The position numbers and the translations under genes were made by a program. The notes below the pieces were generated by a model. That model ran no database searches, had not been told where the DNA came from, and saw only the letters and a list, made by a program, of their open reading frames with translations. A stretch of 61,217 nt of DNA, the filler included, from Nemertoderma westbladi (Eukaryota; Animalia; Xenacoelomorpha), in NCBI GenBank assembly GCA_032718475.1. It is 3 parts of 3 records of this genome, joined end to end, with 100 filler letters (N's around TTAATTAATTAA, not from the genome) between each part and the next. Parts side by side here need not be neighbours in the genome. Positions count along the whole stretch, not along the records: positions 26,085 to 44,830 come from JAUCBJ010005548.1; 2 more parts are not named here. The stretch is one strand, 5' to 3'. Below, in pieces: positions 26,139 through 38,114 of this stretch (position 1 is its first letter; each line of letters starts with the position of its first letter).

Positions 26139-29100
26139 TGTTCGCGCTTTTGAAGACCTTTAGCAGTTTAACCTGCCAAAATTTATATGTCTTTTAGTTA
26201 ATTAACACACCTTTAGCATACGACAATATTTTATGCTAATAAACAAAACATTAGCCGAAGCCAGCCCATGCGCGATCATTCACCCGATGGATCTACACCC
26301 GGGAGGCTGAATTCGGATGCTTAGATTTTATTATTGCAGTGTAAGGTTGCAGTGTAAGTCTACTGTATTATTCGATTGATCGCTAATATGTAATTTCTGA
26401 CAGATATTATTAACTTTAGGGAAATATTAACAGTTCCTTTAGGACGTGGCGCTCTATCTATTTAAACAGAGCTAGGACTTATACTAAACGCAACGATAAG
26501 GCTTATGATTAAAGTATAAGTCGCATTCTTTAGGAAATGCTTTGTTACCAGTCACATCACACTCACAATCATGCACACTATTCTGCCGACCGTCAGTATA
26601 TTTGATCACACATAAAGAGAACAGCAATTGACTCATGTAGGGTCTGCTAAATAACATTAGATTCAATACACACCACATTAATATAAATCGCAATTGTTAT
26701 ATATAGCCCGCCTCTCTAACCTGTAGTGTATCAAGAAAATTGGGAATTTGGGTGATTTATCCGTATTATCCAAAGAGCAATATTTCCATCAACAAATAGG
26801 TACAATTAATAACTGACGGTAAATAACAGTACAAACAATATGATTAGTGCAGTTAAATTAAGTGAGGTAACACCGCCGGTAACAGTTATACTTTCTATAA
26901 TCTAAGCAGTTTCACTAGAGTTCTTAGAGCCGGTGTTTCTGGCTTAGACAGCAATAACAACAAAGTATCAAGTAAAAACAGTAAGACTGAACACTCTCCT
27001 TATGATCGGCCGAAAAGCTACACGTCGACAGGAAAAATCGCTCTGATTGGCTCAAGCCAAACAAAGAACCATGCATCCAATGGCTGTTTCCATGTCAGCA
27101 ACCAGCTGTTAGATGTCGTAATATGAATCATCACGGCTAAGCTGTGAAAGGTAGTTGGTGCATTGCAGGTTTTTTGCCTTACCATGTCCGCCAAAACACG
27201 TATATAGCAGAATGACTTTTATGTCCGTTAAAACACCTGTAACGGTACCTTGCGGGCGAGGGGAATATATATACAGTTAGAGAACCTTTTTAGAGTATTC
27301 CAGCGCCTGGGGGGAAACTGGATTGCGAAGCAAAAGGGGCCAGTTATATCCCACAGAAGCTTTTGCAAGCATTCCATAATGTCACCATAGCAACACCCAC
27401 GCTAGAATTAGAAGCAAGTTAAAAGAACAATAGAAAGCTTGTCACATTGCATAGCATAGAGAATACATAGCACACTGTTAGTATCCAAGGATACACAGTA
27501 ATAACGTGACATTCTGGAAGGCACTGACTAACGGACAAATGGCCTGTATGTGTACAATTGGTGACAGTTGTGTGGAATCTGTGCGTTTGTAGGTGAATGT
27601 TACTGCTAAGGTGTGTTTACAGTAGCTAGTCGCAATTGTGAAAGTAGCCCAACTCTCCTATAGAAAGAACCTAAAGTGGATTCAAGCCTTTGGGACGGAC
27701 AGTGGAGTGACTTGTGCCGGTTATCGTTGTCGTGATGTTGCTACATGTTGGCGTAAACACCGCGACGACGGTACATCGGCGCTGAGAATCCCACTGTCCG
27801 GGGCGAAGAGAGGTAGGCAGCGACGCCCGCTCGCCTAAACATAAACTCATTACAATATTAATAAACTCAGATAGCAGATATGACGGAGTTGATAGAAGAT
27901 GATCTTGGTATCAGGGAGCGATATACTCTACCTTTACAAGCATTTGTGGATAGCTTGATACGCGGTGAAGCCGATCTAACCATTACGGAGGACGATGGTC
28001 GTTATATCGAACAGCCGATGTCCCAAGAGCAACTTACGCGTGAATTGGACTATCGAAAATTCACCGCTCGCTATACGCATCGTAATGGTACGTATATGGA
28101 CTTCCTAACTACCGGCCATCCTATCGATTTACATGATACGGACGATGTAGACACCGAAAGGGAAATGGTTCTATTTAAATATCATACCCAGCGGAGTCGT
28201 AACGATAAACCGAAAATAGATCACGAAAATTATATTCGTAACAGAGTGGGAAGACGAACCAATATGCCTAGAATCTGAGGAGATTCAGCCTATCGCGCCC
28301 GGAACAGCGACAACGATTACATCCTAGAATGGTATCAAGGTCCACAGTGTCTCACTGCGTACGATTATCGCCATGCCAACTATGTTTCTCGGCAACGCTG
28401 TCGGTTATGCGCATCGAGAGACCATGTTACGCCCATGGACACAAACGTCCGCTGTTCCTATTTCCACGAACAACCGGCGATGGAAATTTATTGCGCGTAT
28501 TGCAGACTCAATAACTTGCATATTTTTGCGGTTTGCCCTCAATTTATGACTCAATGTCACCATTGTCAACTAAAGGGACACGCCAGTTTCGATTGCCCTT
28601 TTAATCACGATTTGGAAAGCGTAGATGAAATGATCACACTACGTTACATCAGAGCTTGGGAAGCGAACGCTGATTTAGATTGTGATTCGCGCCATCGCTA
28701 TTATCCCGGACGCGCTTACGAAGGAGTTTATGCGTTCCATCCTTATCTATTCGCTTCTGTCGAACAGAAATCACGCATATCGAGTTACGAACTACTGAAG
28801 CGCGTCGGAGAATGTATTTCAACCAAGTTCGTACGTAAATTTCTCAGGAGTGTTAATCCTAGCGACCTTCATTCCTATAACTTAATCAATTACATCCGTC
28901 AGGATCCGGACTATGGAGACTTATTTGTTAACTCACACCCAGAGTTACAGGAAGTATATCAGCGGCCTTACGAATACCGAGCCCGCGAACGCTAGTTGGA
29001 AAGAACCATTAAACCCCGGAGGTTTCTAACTGCCTATGGTCCACCCACGGCCCTCGTTCACACCACTCGTAAAGGACCCGTAAGAGCGGCTGTCTTAAAA

Positions 29101-30639
29101 CGAGCTCTCAAAGCCGTTAGACCCCTCTCCCCCGACGTTGATGTCAATCAACCCGGTACTTCGACTGGCGGATACACCGACCATAATCCTACACCCTCTG
29201 ATGCAATCATATTGCACCCTTCACCCAGGAGTTATAGCCCTCCTTGTAAAGTGGCTCGCCCCAAAGAGAAAAGGACTCTGGCTAGCTTTAAAAAACTGCG
29301 TAAACGCCTTCCACGCAAGAAAGACTAACTGTTTAGAGTATTTACGTATATTAGAAACTGTGATTTTGTATATTTTATAGACTCAAATCCCATTTTCTGG
29401 GAGCGGTGTAAAAGCTTCTGTGGGATATAACTGGCCCTTTTGCTTCGCAATCCAGTTTCCCCCCAGGCGCTGGAATACTCTAAAAGGCTCTCTAACTATA
29501 TATATGTCCCCCTCGCCCGCAAGGTACCGTTATAGGTGTTTTAACGGACATAAAAGTCATTCTTCTATATACGTGCTTTGGAGGACATGGTAAGGCAAAA
29601 AACCCGCAATGCACCAAATACCCTTACACAGCTTAGCCTTGATGATTCAGATTGCGACATCTAACAGCTGGTTGCTGACATGGAAACGGCCATTGGACAC
29701 ATGGTTCTTTGTTTAGCTTAAGCCAATCAGAGTGATTTTTTCTGTCGATGTGGAGATATTCGGCCGATCATACTAGGAGTGTTCAGTCTTACTGTTTTTG
29801 TGATACTGTTGTGTTCCTTCTATCTAGGCCAGGAACACCGGCTCTAGAGTCAATTCGTTTCAGACTTTAGAAGAAACATTAGTAGGCTTAAGATTATAGA
29901 GCGTATAACTGTTATCGGTCCAGTCAAACAGTGTTACCATCTTAACCTACCGTCTTAATGCTATTTACTGTTGTGTTTTGGTTGAATATTATTATTTGGA
30001 GAACATTTATAAAGAACCCAAATTTCCCAATTTTCTTGATACACTACAGGTTAGAGAGACGGGTTATATATAGCGATTGCGACTTATATTGTTGTGGTTT
30101 GTAGTGAATTTAATGCTATTTGATAAGCACTACATGAGTCCGTTGCTGCTCTCTTTATATATGATAAAATTCATTGACGGTCGGCAAATTAGTGAGCAGT
30201 ATTGTGTGTTACCGGTAGTGTGCCTGATTGTGACTGATAACTAAGCATTTCCTAAAGAATGCGCCTCATACGTGAATCATAAGCCTTACCGACTTACCGT
30301 TGTGATTAGTATAAGTCATATCTCTGTTTACCTAGATAGAGCGCCACGTCCTAAAGGAACTGTTAATATTTCCCGAAAGTGAATAATATTAGTCAGAAAT
30401 TATTTATTAACGATCAATCGAATAATACAGTAAGCTTACACTGCAATAATAATCTAAGCCCTCAGAATCCAGTCTCCCGGGTATATCCAGCGGGTGAATG
30501 GACGCGCACTAGGCTGGCTTCTGCTAATGTTGTGTTTATTGGTATTAAATATTTGTCAACTTCTAAAGTCTATTTGTAAACCAAAAGACATATAAATTTT
30601 GGCAGGTTAAACTGCTAAAGGTCTTCAAAAGCGCGTACA
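26139..30639 (+). mobile_element. unclassified element with ~1.23-kb inverted arms enclosing a zinc-knuckle ORF
   Basis: Arms 26139-27367 and 29407-30639 are reverse complements along their length (diverged); TGT...ACA ends; flanks GTTAC/GTTCC. Confidence 0.85.
27880..29328 (+). pseudogene. 482-codon triple CCHC zinc-knuckle protein with two in-frame stops
   Basis: ORFs 27880-28278, 28435-28995 and 28996-29328 share one frame and 28279-28434 is open; motifs CRLCASRDH-x9-C, CAYCRLNNLHIFAVC, CHHCQLKGHASFDC; basic C-terminus KKLRKRLPRKKD. Confidence 0.8.
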
Positions 30640-30694
30640 GTTCCTTTTATTCATTTGTGGTTAATTTGCGCCACCATCTGTAATTTTGATATAC

Positions 30695-32420
30695 TTAAAG
30701 TGGGGGGGGGGGGGGGGGGGGGGGTGGGTGGGGGATACCCCCTCCTTGGGTAAAATTGTCACATTTTTGGTTTCTTATTTCATCTGATGCAGAATTTAAT
30801 GGGGAGTACAAATCTTAAAACCGTTTGGCGAGATCTTTTTTAGTTCTCGAGTTATCGCTGTCTTTCCGTCTACCAGTTTGTCAGTCAAAATTTAGAAGGC
30901 AGACAGACAGACAGACATATTAGATGCCACCAAACATTAAAACTCCCATATTGATAATTTTAATGAGTTGGTATGAAGCCATAGTGTCAAACATTACAGA
31001 CCGATTAACAGACTACAGACAGTCAGATTTGAGTGGGAAATTTCAAAATTTAAAGCAAATTATCTCGGAATATAACATTTCACGATATTTCAATTTTTCA
31101 AAATACTACTCCTCCGCCGTTTTTCACCCAAATTCGATGATTTATGGCTCGTTTGAAAGGTTTTTTGAAGATCTTGAAAAATTATCCAGGACTTTTTTGA
31201 AAATTGTTTTTTTAATTTTATTGAAAATTTCAATTAATTTAATTAATTTTAATTAATTAATTTAATTAATTTTAATTAATTAATTTAATTAATTTTAATT
31301 AATTTTAATTAATTAATTTAATTAATTTTAATTAATTAATTTAATTAATTTACTTAAAAATTAATAATTTAAAAATCGGCTGGATAATTTTTGTAGATTC
31401 GAATGTGCTGAGTCCAAAAAATTTGGTTTCAAACAATTTGGATAAATATTAAGGGACTAGTAGTGTTTTTAGTGAAATGTTTAATTCTGCCACTCGCCGC
31501 TAGAGGAATACAATAAATTTTAAAATTTCAATTTTTGTTGCTTTTTGGCCTTCCCCACGTTGGCTGAACACCACATAACATTGATATAGACCTACAACAC
31601 AAAGTTAGAGCTGTAGCAACCCCAAATTGAACCTCTCATTTTTTTGTCTGTGGACCCTAAAATTGGGTGAAAATTATTTTTGTTCAACTAAACATCGTCT
31701 GGACGGTGTAAGAATAACCAAACCAAATATTTTTAAAATTGGCCCTAAAATGGCTCTATAATGGCCAAAAGTGCCTTTTTGCGACAAGGACTATTTCTCC
31801 ACCAATATTTGTTGAAATTTGGAATATAAGTTCAGAAGAACCCTGCATCCAATTCTCCTGAACAAATTTTGCGCTTTTTTTGGCCTTTTTGATATAAAAA
31901 GGCTCCAGGGCATTTTCAACCAAATTTGTTCAGATGAAGTATGGAGAAAGGTATTCTTAACAAGTGTACCAAATTTCAACTCATTTCAGTTAAAATTGGC
32001 AGAGAAATAGCCTTTTTCATGAAAAAACGTCATTCTGAGATATGGGTGTTAAAGTTTAAGGAACAATTCAAATCTTCCCGCTATTTTAGATAATACCATT
32101 TTTCTATGTTTAACAAAAATTTTGTCAAAAATTAGTGAAATTCCACGAAATTTTTCATGCTTGCAAAACAGATAACTAGTAAAACAACGTTTTAACAATT
32201 TTATTCATATCTGTAACGTGAGAGCCTTTTTTTATTAAAAGGGTCCCGTACAATTGTAAAATATAGTGCTGCTCGAAGGCTTGTCAAAAATCAGACTAGT
32301 TCTAACGGTTTGGGTAATAATGTAACTTGAGTTTGAGAAAAGATATGAGAAAACTACTTAGAGATTTGAAATCTCCATTAAATTCGGCACACGATAGGGG
32401 TAGAATAAAAAAAGCATGCA
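30695..32420. mobile_element. non-autonomous DNA element(s); 31620-32410 is homologous to 53870-54685
   Basis: About 800-bp direct repeat shared with the Piezo-intron copy; subterminal IR GAATTTAATGG / CCATTAAATTC; (GACA)n and (TTAA)n tracts. Confidence 0.7.
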
Positions 32421-33574
32421 GCTTCTGGTTTTTAGAATAATAAAGGCTGTTCTATAACACTGTAAATTTTGTTAATTCTCTTTCAGGATTTACAGCTGTA
32501 CAGTATAATTAGGTAATAAAAATATTTTAAAACATCTTTATTGCGATCTATCCCCCAGCAAATACTTATATTGCCTTGATTGAAAGTTAGTATTATAGGG
32601 ACTGTTTCTGCTTTTATTGTGCTGCTACTGTATATCTTTACGATAATTACATTATGTACAGTCAATTTAATGTTAAGGGTAAACAAGACAGTTATTGCTT
32701 AATATATTATACAAATTTAATCGGTGGTTAATTATTATAAAAGTAATACTTTCAGTGTTTATAAATCACAATAAAATGTATATTAAATATATATAGTCCA
32801 GGTGCCGGAAGAGGTGCTATCTAGCTGCCTAGGATATCGATTATAAATTTAATTTATCAATTTAATTATAAAAATTCATTCAACATCATAACATACTGTA
32901 CCATTTTGCACTACAGTATATCATTAATTCATGGTTGTAACTTACTATTATAAACAAAAACTAAAACATTCTACAAAAGGAATGGGTCTAATGAAATTCA
33001 ACATCCAGCCAAATCCATTCAATAACTACGGGTACTGTAGAGGTACAGTATGACTGAAATTAAAGAACATTCCTGAAGAGGATTTTTTAATGGAATTCAC
33101 AAAATCCTTCAAAAGTATAGATGGCAATCATTGTTACCAATTAAAATCACCAAAAACATTTAGTATATACTTTTTTGGTCCATGCAAGATTCAATGAAAA
33201 GATACTGTATCTGACGGACTAATTCTTTTTCTTCCCCTCCAGTTGAACCTTTTGTTTGACTTACATTTTATCAGTTTCTGTAGGATTTCCATAGGTACTG
33301 TATATTTATTTTTCGTATGCTTTTCCCGATTTTTTGTATTACATTATCGATAGAGTAGAAAAAAACTGCAAAATACAACAACTCTTGCAATTAGAGCTCA
33401 GTTAACTCTTCCTTACATAGGCATACATTTATTCGACTACAATATAACCTATCAATATATGAAAGTTGGAATTAACATTAAATGTCATAAAATAACATCG
33501 TAATTATTGCGATTAATACCATAATACATAATTAATTATGATTCATAAATATTCTGAGTGCGATGTACCATGCG

Positions 33575-33796
33575 CTATCCTTTACCAATATCTTCATTGT
33601 TTATATCGACAAGTACGATATGTTGGTTGGAGTTTCTGTAAGCTGTCCGAACGGAACTCACGTTGGTGTTACTGGAATCCCAGGAATATGGTTTGTTGCC
33701 TCTGTCTCTATTGCAAGATGTCTGTGACGTCATATTGTAGGTCAAATCTTGTCGTCCTCGTTTTCTACCAAACCAACACAGGCGCCTGAGGTCTTT
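33575..33796 (-). CDS. class A neuropeptide-type GPCR, last exon (helix 8 and C-tail)
   Basis: Acceptor TTTTTATTACAG; phase-0 frame KDLRRLCWFG...DIGKG* joins NDNFR of exon 40655-40801; AATAAA downstream near 33430. Confidence 0.72.
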   Translation of the reverse strand, partial: KDLRRLCWFGRKRGRQDLTYNMTSQTSCNRDRGNKPYSWDSSNTNVSSVRTAYRNSNQHIVLVDINNEDIGKG

Positions 33797-36223
33797 CTGT
33801 AATAAAAAGTAATAGCATTATTTATAAATACCTTATAAACTGTATCTTATGTGCCAACAAACTAGTTTCTGCACAGTGAGGTCTTACAGTGAAAAGTGTT
33901 AAGAGTATTATTTATTAACAACTTGAAATATCCTCAAGAGTTAGAGTTTATAGTTGGGGTTGGTGCGCGAAATATTGTTGAGCTTGAAACAATTGAATAA
34001 GGGGTAACAAGATGCCCTGAATCGAGTGGCGGGGTGTGTTTTTTGTAAAAACACGAGAAAACGGTCTAAATGGCGGGTTTAATTAAGCGCGGGAAGCTAA
34101 TTTTGAAAATCGGCTGTGATTGGCCGCTACGGATTTGACGTCACTACAAAGTGATCTGATAATTTCTTATCTTGGTTTCTATGGGCAGTGATTTTCTATC
34201 CATTAAAATACACATTTAATCTCAATCATTTCACACGTGGCTTATATCAATTGAAAGCGCGTCTTTTGGCACTACAATTAATCAAATTAATGATGATGAA
34301 AATTGATAAATGCTGTTCACAATTATTGCAAACTCGGCAGATTGATATTAAAGAACTATCAGCCTATTGCAGAATCTCAGTATTGAGGCTTACTTCAATA
34401 AGTTGGGCGGGTTTACACGTGACCGGTACACATTTTTAATATTCCAAGGATCTGAGTAGCCAGCCTACTAACAATTATTATAGTACCGGCTGACCGGTAT
34501 TATAAGTTTAGTGTTATTATAAGTCTAATCTGTTGACCTTACCGTACTTAATACACTTGGAATGCAGTATTGTTGCTGGAAATACTGCTGTAAGCAGCAC
34601 TTTATAAATGTTCATCATCATAAATTTATTAATTTATAGTGGTAAAAGCCGCGCAAGACTCTCCACTTTCAATTGATATAGGGTGTAAGCCACGTGTAAA
34701 ATTATGGAGATTTACTGTACTATCTATTTGAATAGTTCGAAATTACTGCCCATAGAAACCGAGAGAAAGCCGCCCCAATATTAGATTATTACAACAACAT
34801 ATCCATTGGGTAAGAAAGAGGAGGAGAGCCAGCCCGTCTCTTAATTTTTTACTTTATATTACGCGATCAATTTTCACTCATCTCGTCATGAACCCAACAT
34901 GTATGTAACCTTTTGTTAAATTTGTTGGCTATGCGTTTGCGGTTGTTTGGGCGGAGTGTGGTAGGCCTACACTTTTCACACTTAAATATTTTGGTTGTGA
35001 AATGTTACAGGGCATAGCTATCTGAGATATTTCATTTATATTTTATTATGAGAGGAAGAAGAACATACAACGTTATTTACTATATATGTAACAAAATAAT
35101 TCTTTTCGGGTTTAACTTGGAAGCCTCCCCAAATAGTTGATATACAATTATATTTAAAATTATTTCCATGGTCATGGTCATTCACCCGCCTTTAGTTAGA
35201 AATTTGTTTGCATGAAAGACAGTTTAGTTTAGTTTTTACTGATTTATTATCTCTTATCTGACTGGGGTAATAATAAAGGATAGGATAAATGGAAGCAAAG
35301 TGTGACAGTAACAAATATTTCCCCGTCACCCTAGCATGTCTTAAGTATATGATATATCAAAGGGGGAAGTTTGGATTCACTGCATAAATGCAGTTCACCA
35401 AACTTCCCCCGAATGCACACTGTAACTTCCCCCTTCCCATAAATATCCACTGTTGAATTAATTTGAAGCGATATAATAAGTACAAAATTGTGCGAGTTTT
35501 TAATTGTGTGGTCCATTTGTTATTTGATCTCTATTTATTATTTAAAGTGCATTTAATATCACACTGGTTTTTAGAATATTATACTATACAACCTTATGTT
35601 TTATTAATTTACCCAATCGAAGCCTCATAAGGGCCGGTTATTTGTACGCATGTCCCCTAATGCGCTCAGTAAGGTTCAAACAACATATTAATATGAAAAT
35701 AAAGTATCTGCAAAGAAAATAACCCAATACTATATAATTTGACCTTATTAAAAAATTTGCACTTTTCCACACTTATTTGTACAAATGCACTTTAGCAGAT
35801 CGTAATGGTGGCTCTTATTTAACAAACTTATGTTTATCCTCTACCGATCTACGATGGTGTATGATCAAGTGTCAGTCGCTAAAAGTGTCAAAAATCCAAT
35901 TTTTTAAATCTGGATTTGCGATTTTGGACCATATTCATGGACATTTTAAGTCACTTTATAGACATAAAAAGTTAAACAAATGTTACGATTATAGTTAGAA
36001 ATCATTCCAAACTACATTTTAATCCAAAAAATAACATTCTACGATGTTCACTATTTAAGTGCATTTTGCACTAAGTGCACATAAGTCTTTTCCCAAGTTT
36101 TATCCTATTTCACACACTACAATCTATCCTCTATCCAATGAAAAAAGTTTCAGATTAAACGGCCCTGTAGAACCGAAGTTATTTATGTTTAAAAATAGTC
36201 ACTCGAAAATTTCAAATTCTCTT

Positions 36224-36297
36224 GGTCACAATAGTCTAGTGGTTATCAATCACGTTAATGAAACCTAAGTTCGCGGGTTCGAAATCCAATATTGACC
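36224..36297 (+). pseudogene. degenerate tRNA-like sequence (tRNA relic or SINE head)
   Basis: A-box TAGTCTAGTGG; B-box GGTTCGAAATCC; GGTCA/TGACC acceptor-like stem; 74 nt; anticodon arm does not pair. Confidence 0.55.
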
Positions 36298-37833
36298 TGA
36301 CCATTCTTAATTTTTTTGCAAAAAAAAATATTTTTATTTTTTCACTAAAATCGCTCTAACTTCGGTTCTGGTGGTCCAAATTCAATAAAATTGGTATATT
36401 CTTTGCCGTAATTTTTTTCTTAATCTTTTGAGAAGGGGTTATTTTTGGCCCCAAAAAAATAAAAAAAAGGGCCAAAATAACGCGATATTTTTCGACCCTT
36501 AAAATTCGTAATTTTAATTATATATGTTAAGATAAAATATAGCGGAGTTAATTTGATACTTTTTACAGGTACTTTTGGCGCAATACGCTAAATTATAATG
36601 GAATAGCGATTTGTTAAAAAAAAATTTTTCGTCCCTTTTTATAAATATTATATTTCACACGATCGCCTGCCGCTCCAGTTTTATAATACCTCCGGCGCTG
36701 TGATTAACGCTGTTAGATAGATAATTTAACGCACTATAAGTCTGTGTAAACAAATCTCCCGTAAGTTAAGTAGTTTTCGAGCTAGACGATTTCCCGCGAA
36801 GCAAGTTTGAACCGCGAAATTATAATTTTGGCCCTCATTTTTTTAATATCATCCTTGGAGCAAAACCGATAGCATATTTGAATTCCCCGTATGGATATTG
36901 ACTGTATAGAATGTACCTTAACCAACTAAAGTTAAAAATAAAAAATTATTCGATAAAAACTACTTTACAAATTCTGGCCCTTTTTGGCCCCTATTGCCGA
37001 CATATTTTTTGTACCCCCATTCGATAGGAACGTAGCCCGAATGGTCTTCTACGAGTTTCATAAAATAATTAGTGGATTCCTACCCGCGTTGTCGAATTAA
37101 ACATTTCGGAAATAAGTTTTCCAAAAAAGACGGACAAAAACGTACAAATTTACAGCCCCTTTTTCCACCCGAAATTTTAATAAATATCTTACCCCCATTC
37201 GATACGAAGGTAGTACCACTCTTCCCCTTTCCAACCGCGTTACTTTCGTCCCCGTACGATTAATATTAGCCGAGTTATAGCGGATCCCGCAAAGTCATTT
37301 TGTCCGTTTTTTCAACTTTGACGGACATTTTCGGAAAAAAGGCGTGGTAATCTTTTTTGAAAAAAAAAACGAATTCACTAATTAATCCCTTCTATCGTAT
37401 CCCGGCGTCGGCTAAGCAATAACCTAGGGTTTTTTCGAGCCACTGTAGAGCGCCTTTCAAAAAAATTTTAAAATTGTCGAAAAAATGACGGTTTTTTGTC
37501 CGCCGTGTCCGTCAAAGGGTTAGATTTAATAATGTTAGAGTTGCTAATATCTTAGAATTCCGAGCCGCTCCCCTGGTGAGAAAATAAAAAAATTTGGTCA
37601 GTTCCTTCATCGAAAAGTCCCCCAGAATCCCAAGTTAACCTATATAGTTAGCGATGGCCTGCGGCTTTAGGAGCGGCCGCGGTATTCACCTCCCTCATAG
37701 CGGCCGCGGCGGTGTTGCGTCAAATGGAGAAATATTTATCCCACCAAGATAAGAAGTTATCAGATCACTTTGTAGGGACGTCAAAACTGTAGTTAGCCAA
37801 TTAAAGCCGATTTTCAAAATTGGGTCATCTCGC

Positions 37834-38114
37834 GGGAGAGTACAAAACAAAGACCCAAAGACTAAAGACCTGTACAAAACACATGTGTTAACTTTCGTGT
37901 ATTGTTTTGGTTCCCCCAACACGCTTTTTGGGATCTAACGCGACTTTACCTCTTTGTTTTGTACAGGTCTAAAAGAGTATTAGGTCCTATTGCCATTTAA
38001 AGGAGCAGGTTACAGGGGCGTGTTTGGGGAATCAAAGAATAACAATGAACGAAAGTTAACACATTACAATATTATTACTTAATTGGTTCTTGGGTCGTTG
38101 TTTTGTACTCACCA
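37834..38114. mobile_element. MITE, array-less relative of 16910-17822
   Basis: Same TIR (GG.GAGTACAAAAC...AAGACC) and same central spacer CTAACGCGACTTTACCTCTTTGTTTT. Confidence 0.82.

Noticed and set aside
26139-30639. Assembly-generated inverted duplication next to a gap
   Set aside because: The arms carry many substitutions and indels and have defined TG..CA boundaries, unlike an artefactual palindrome
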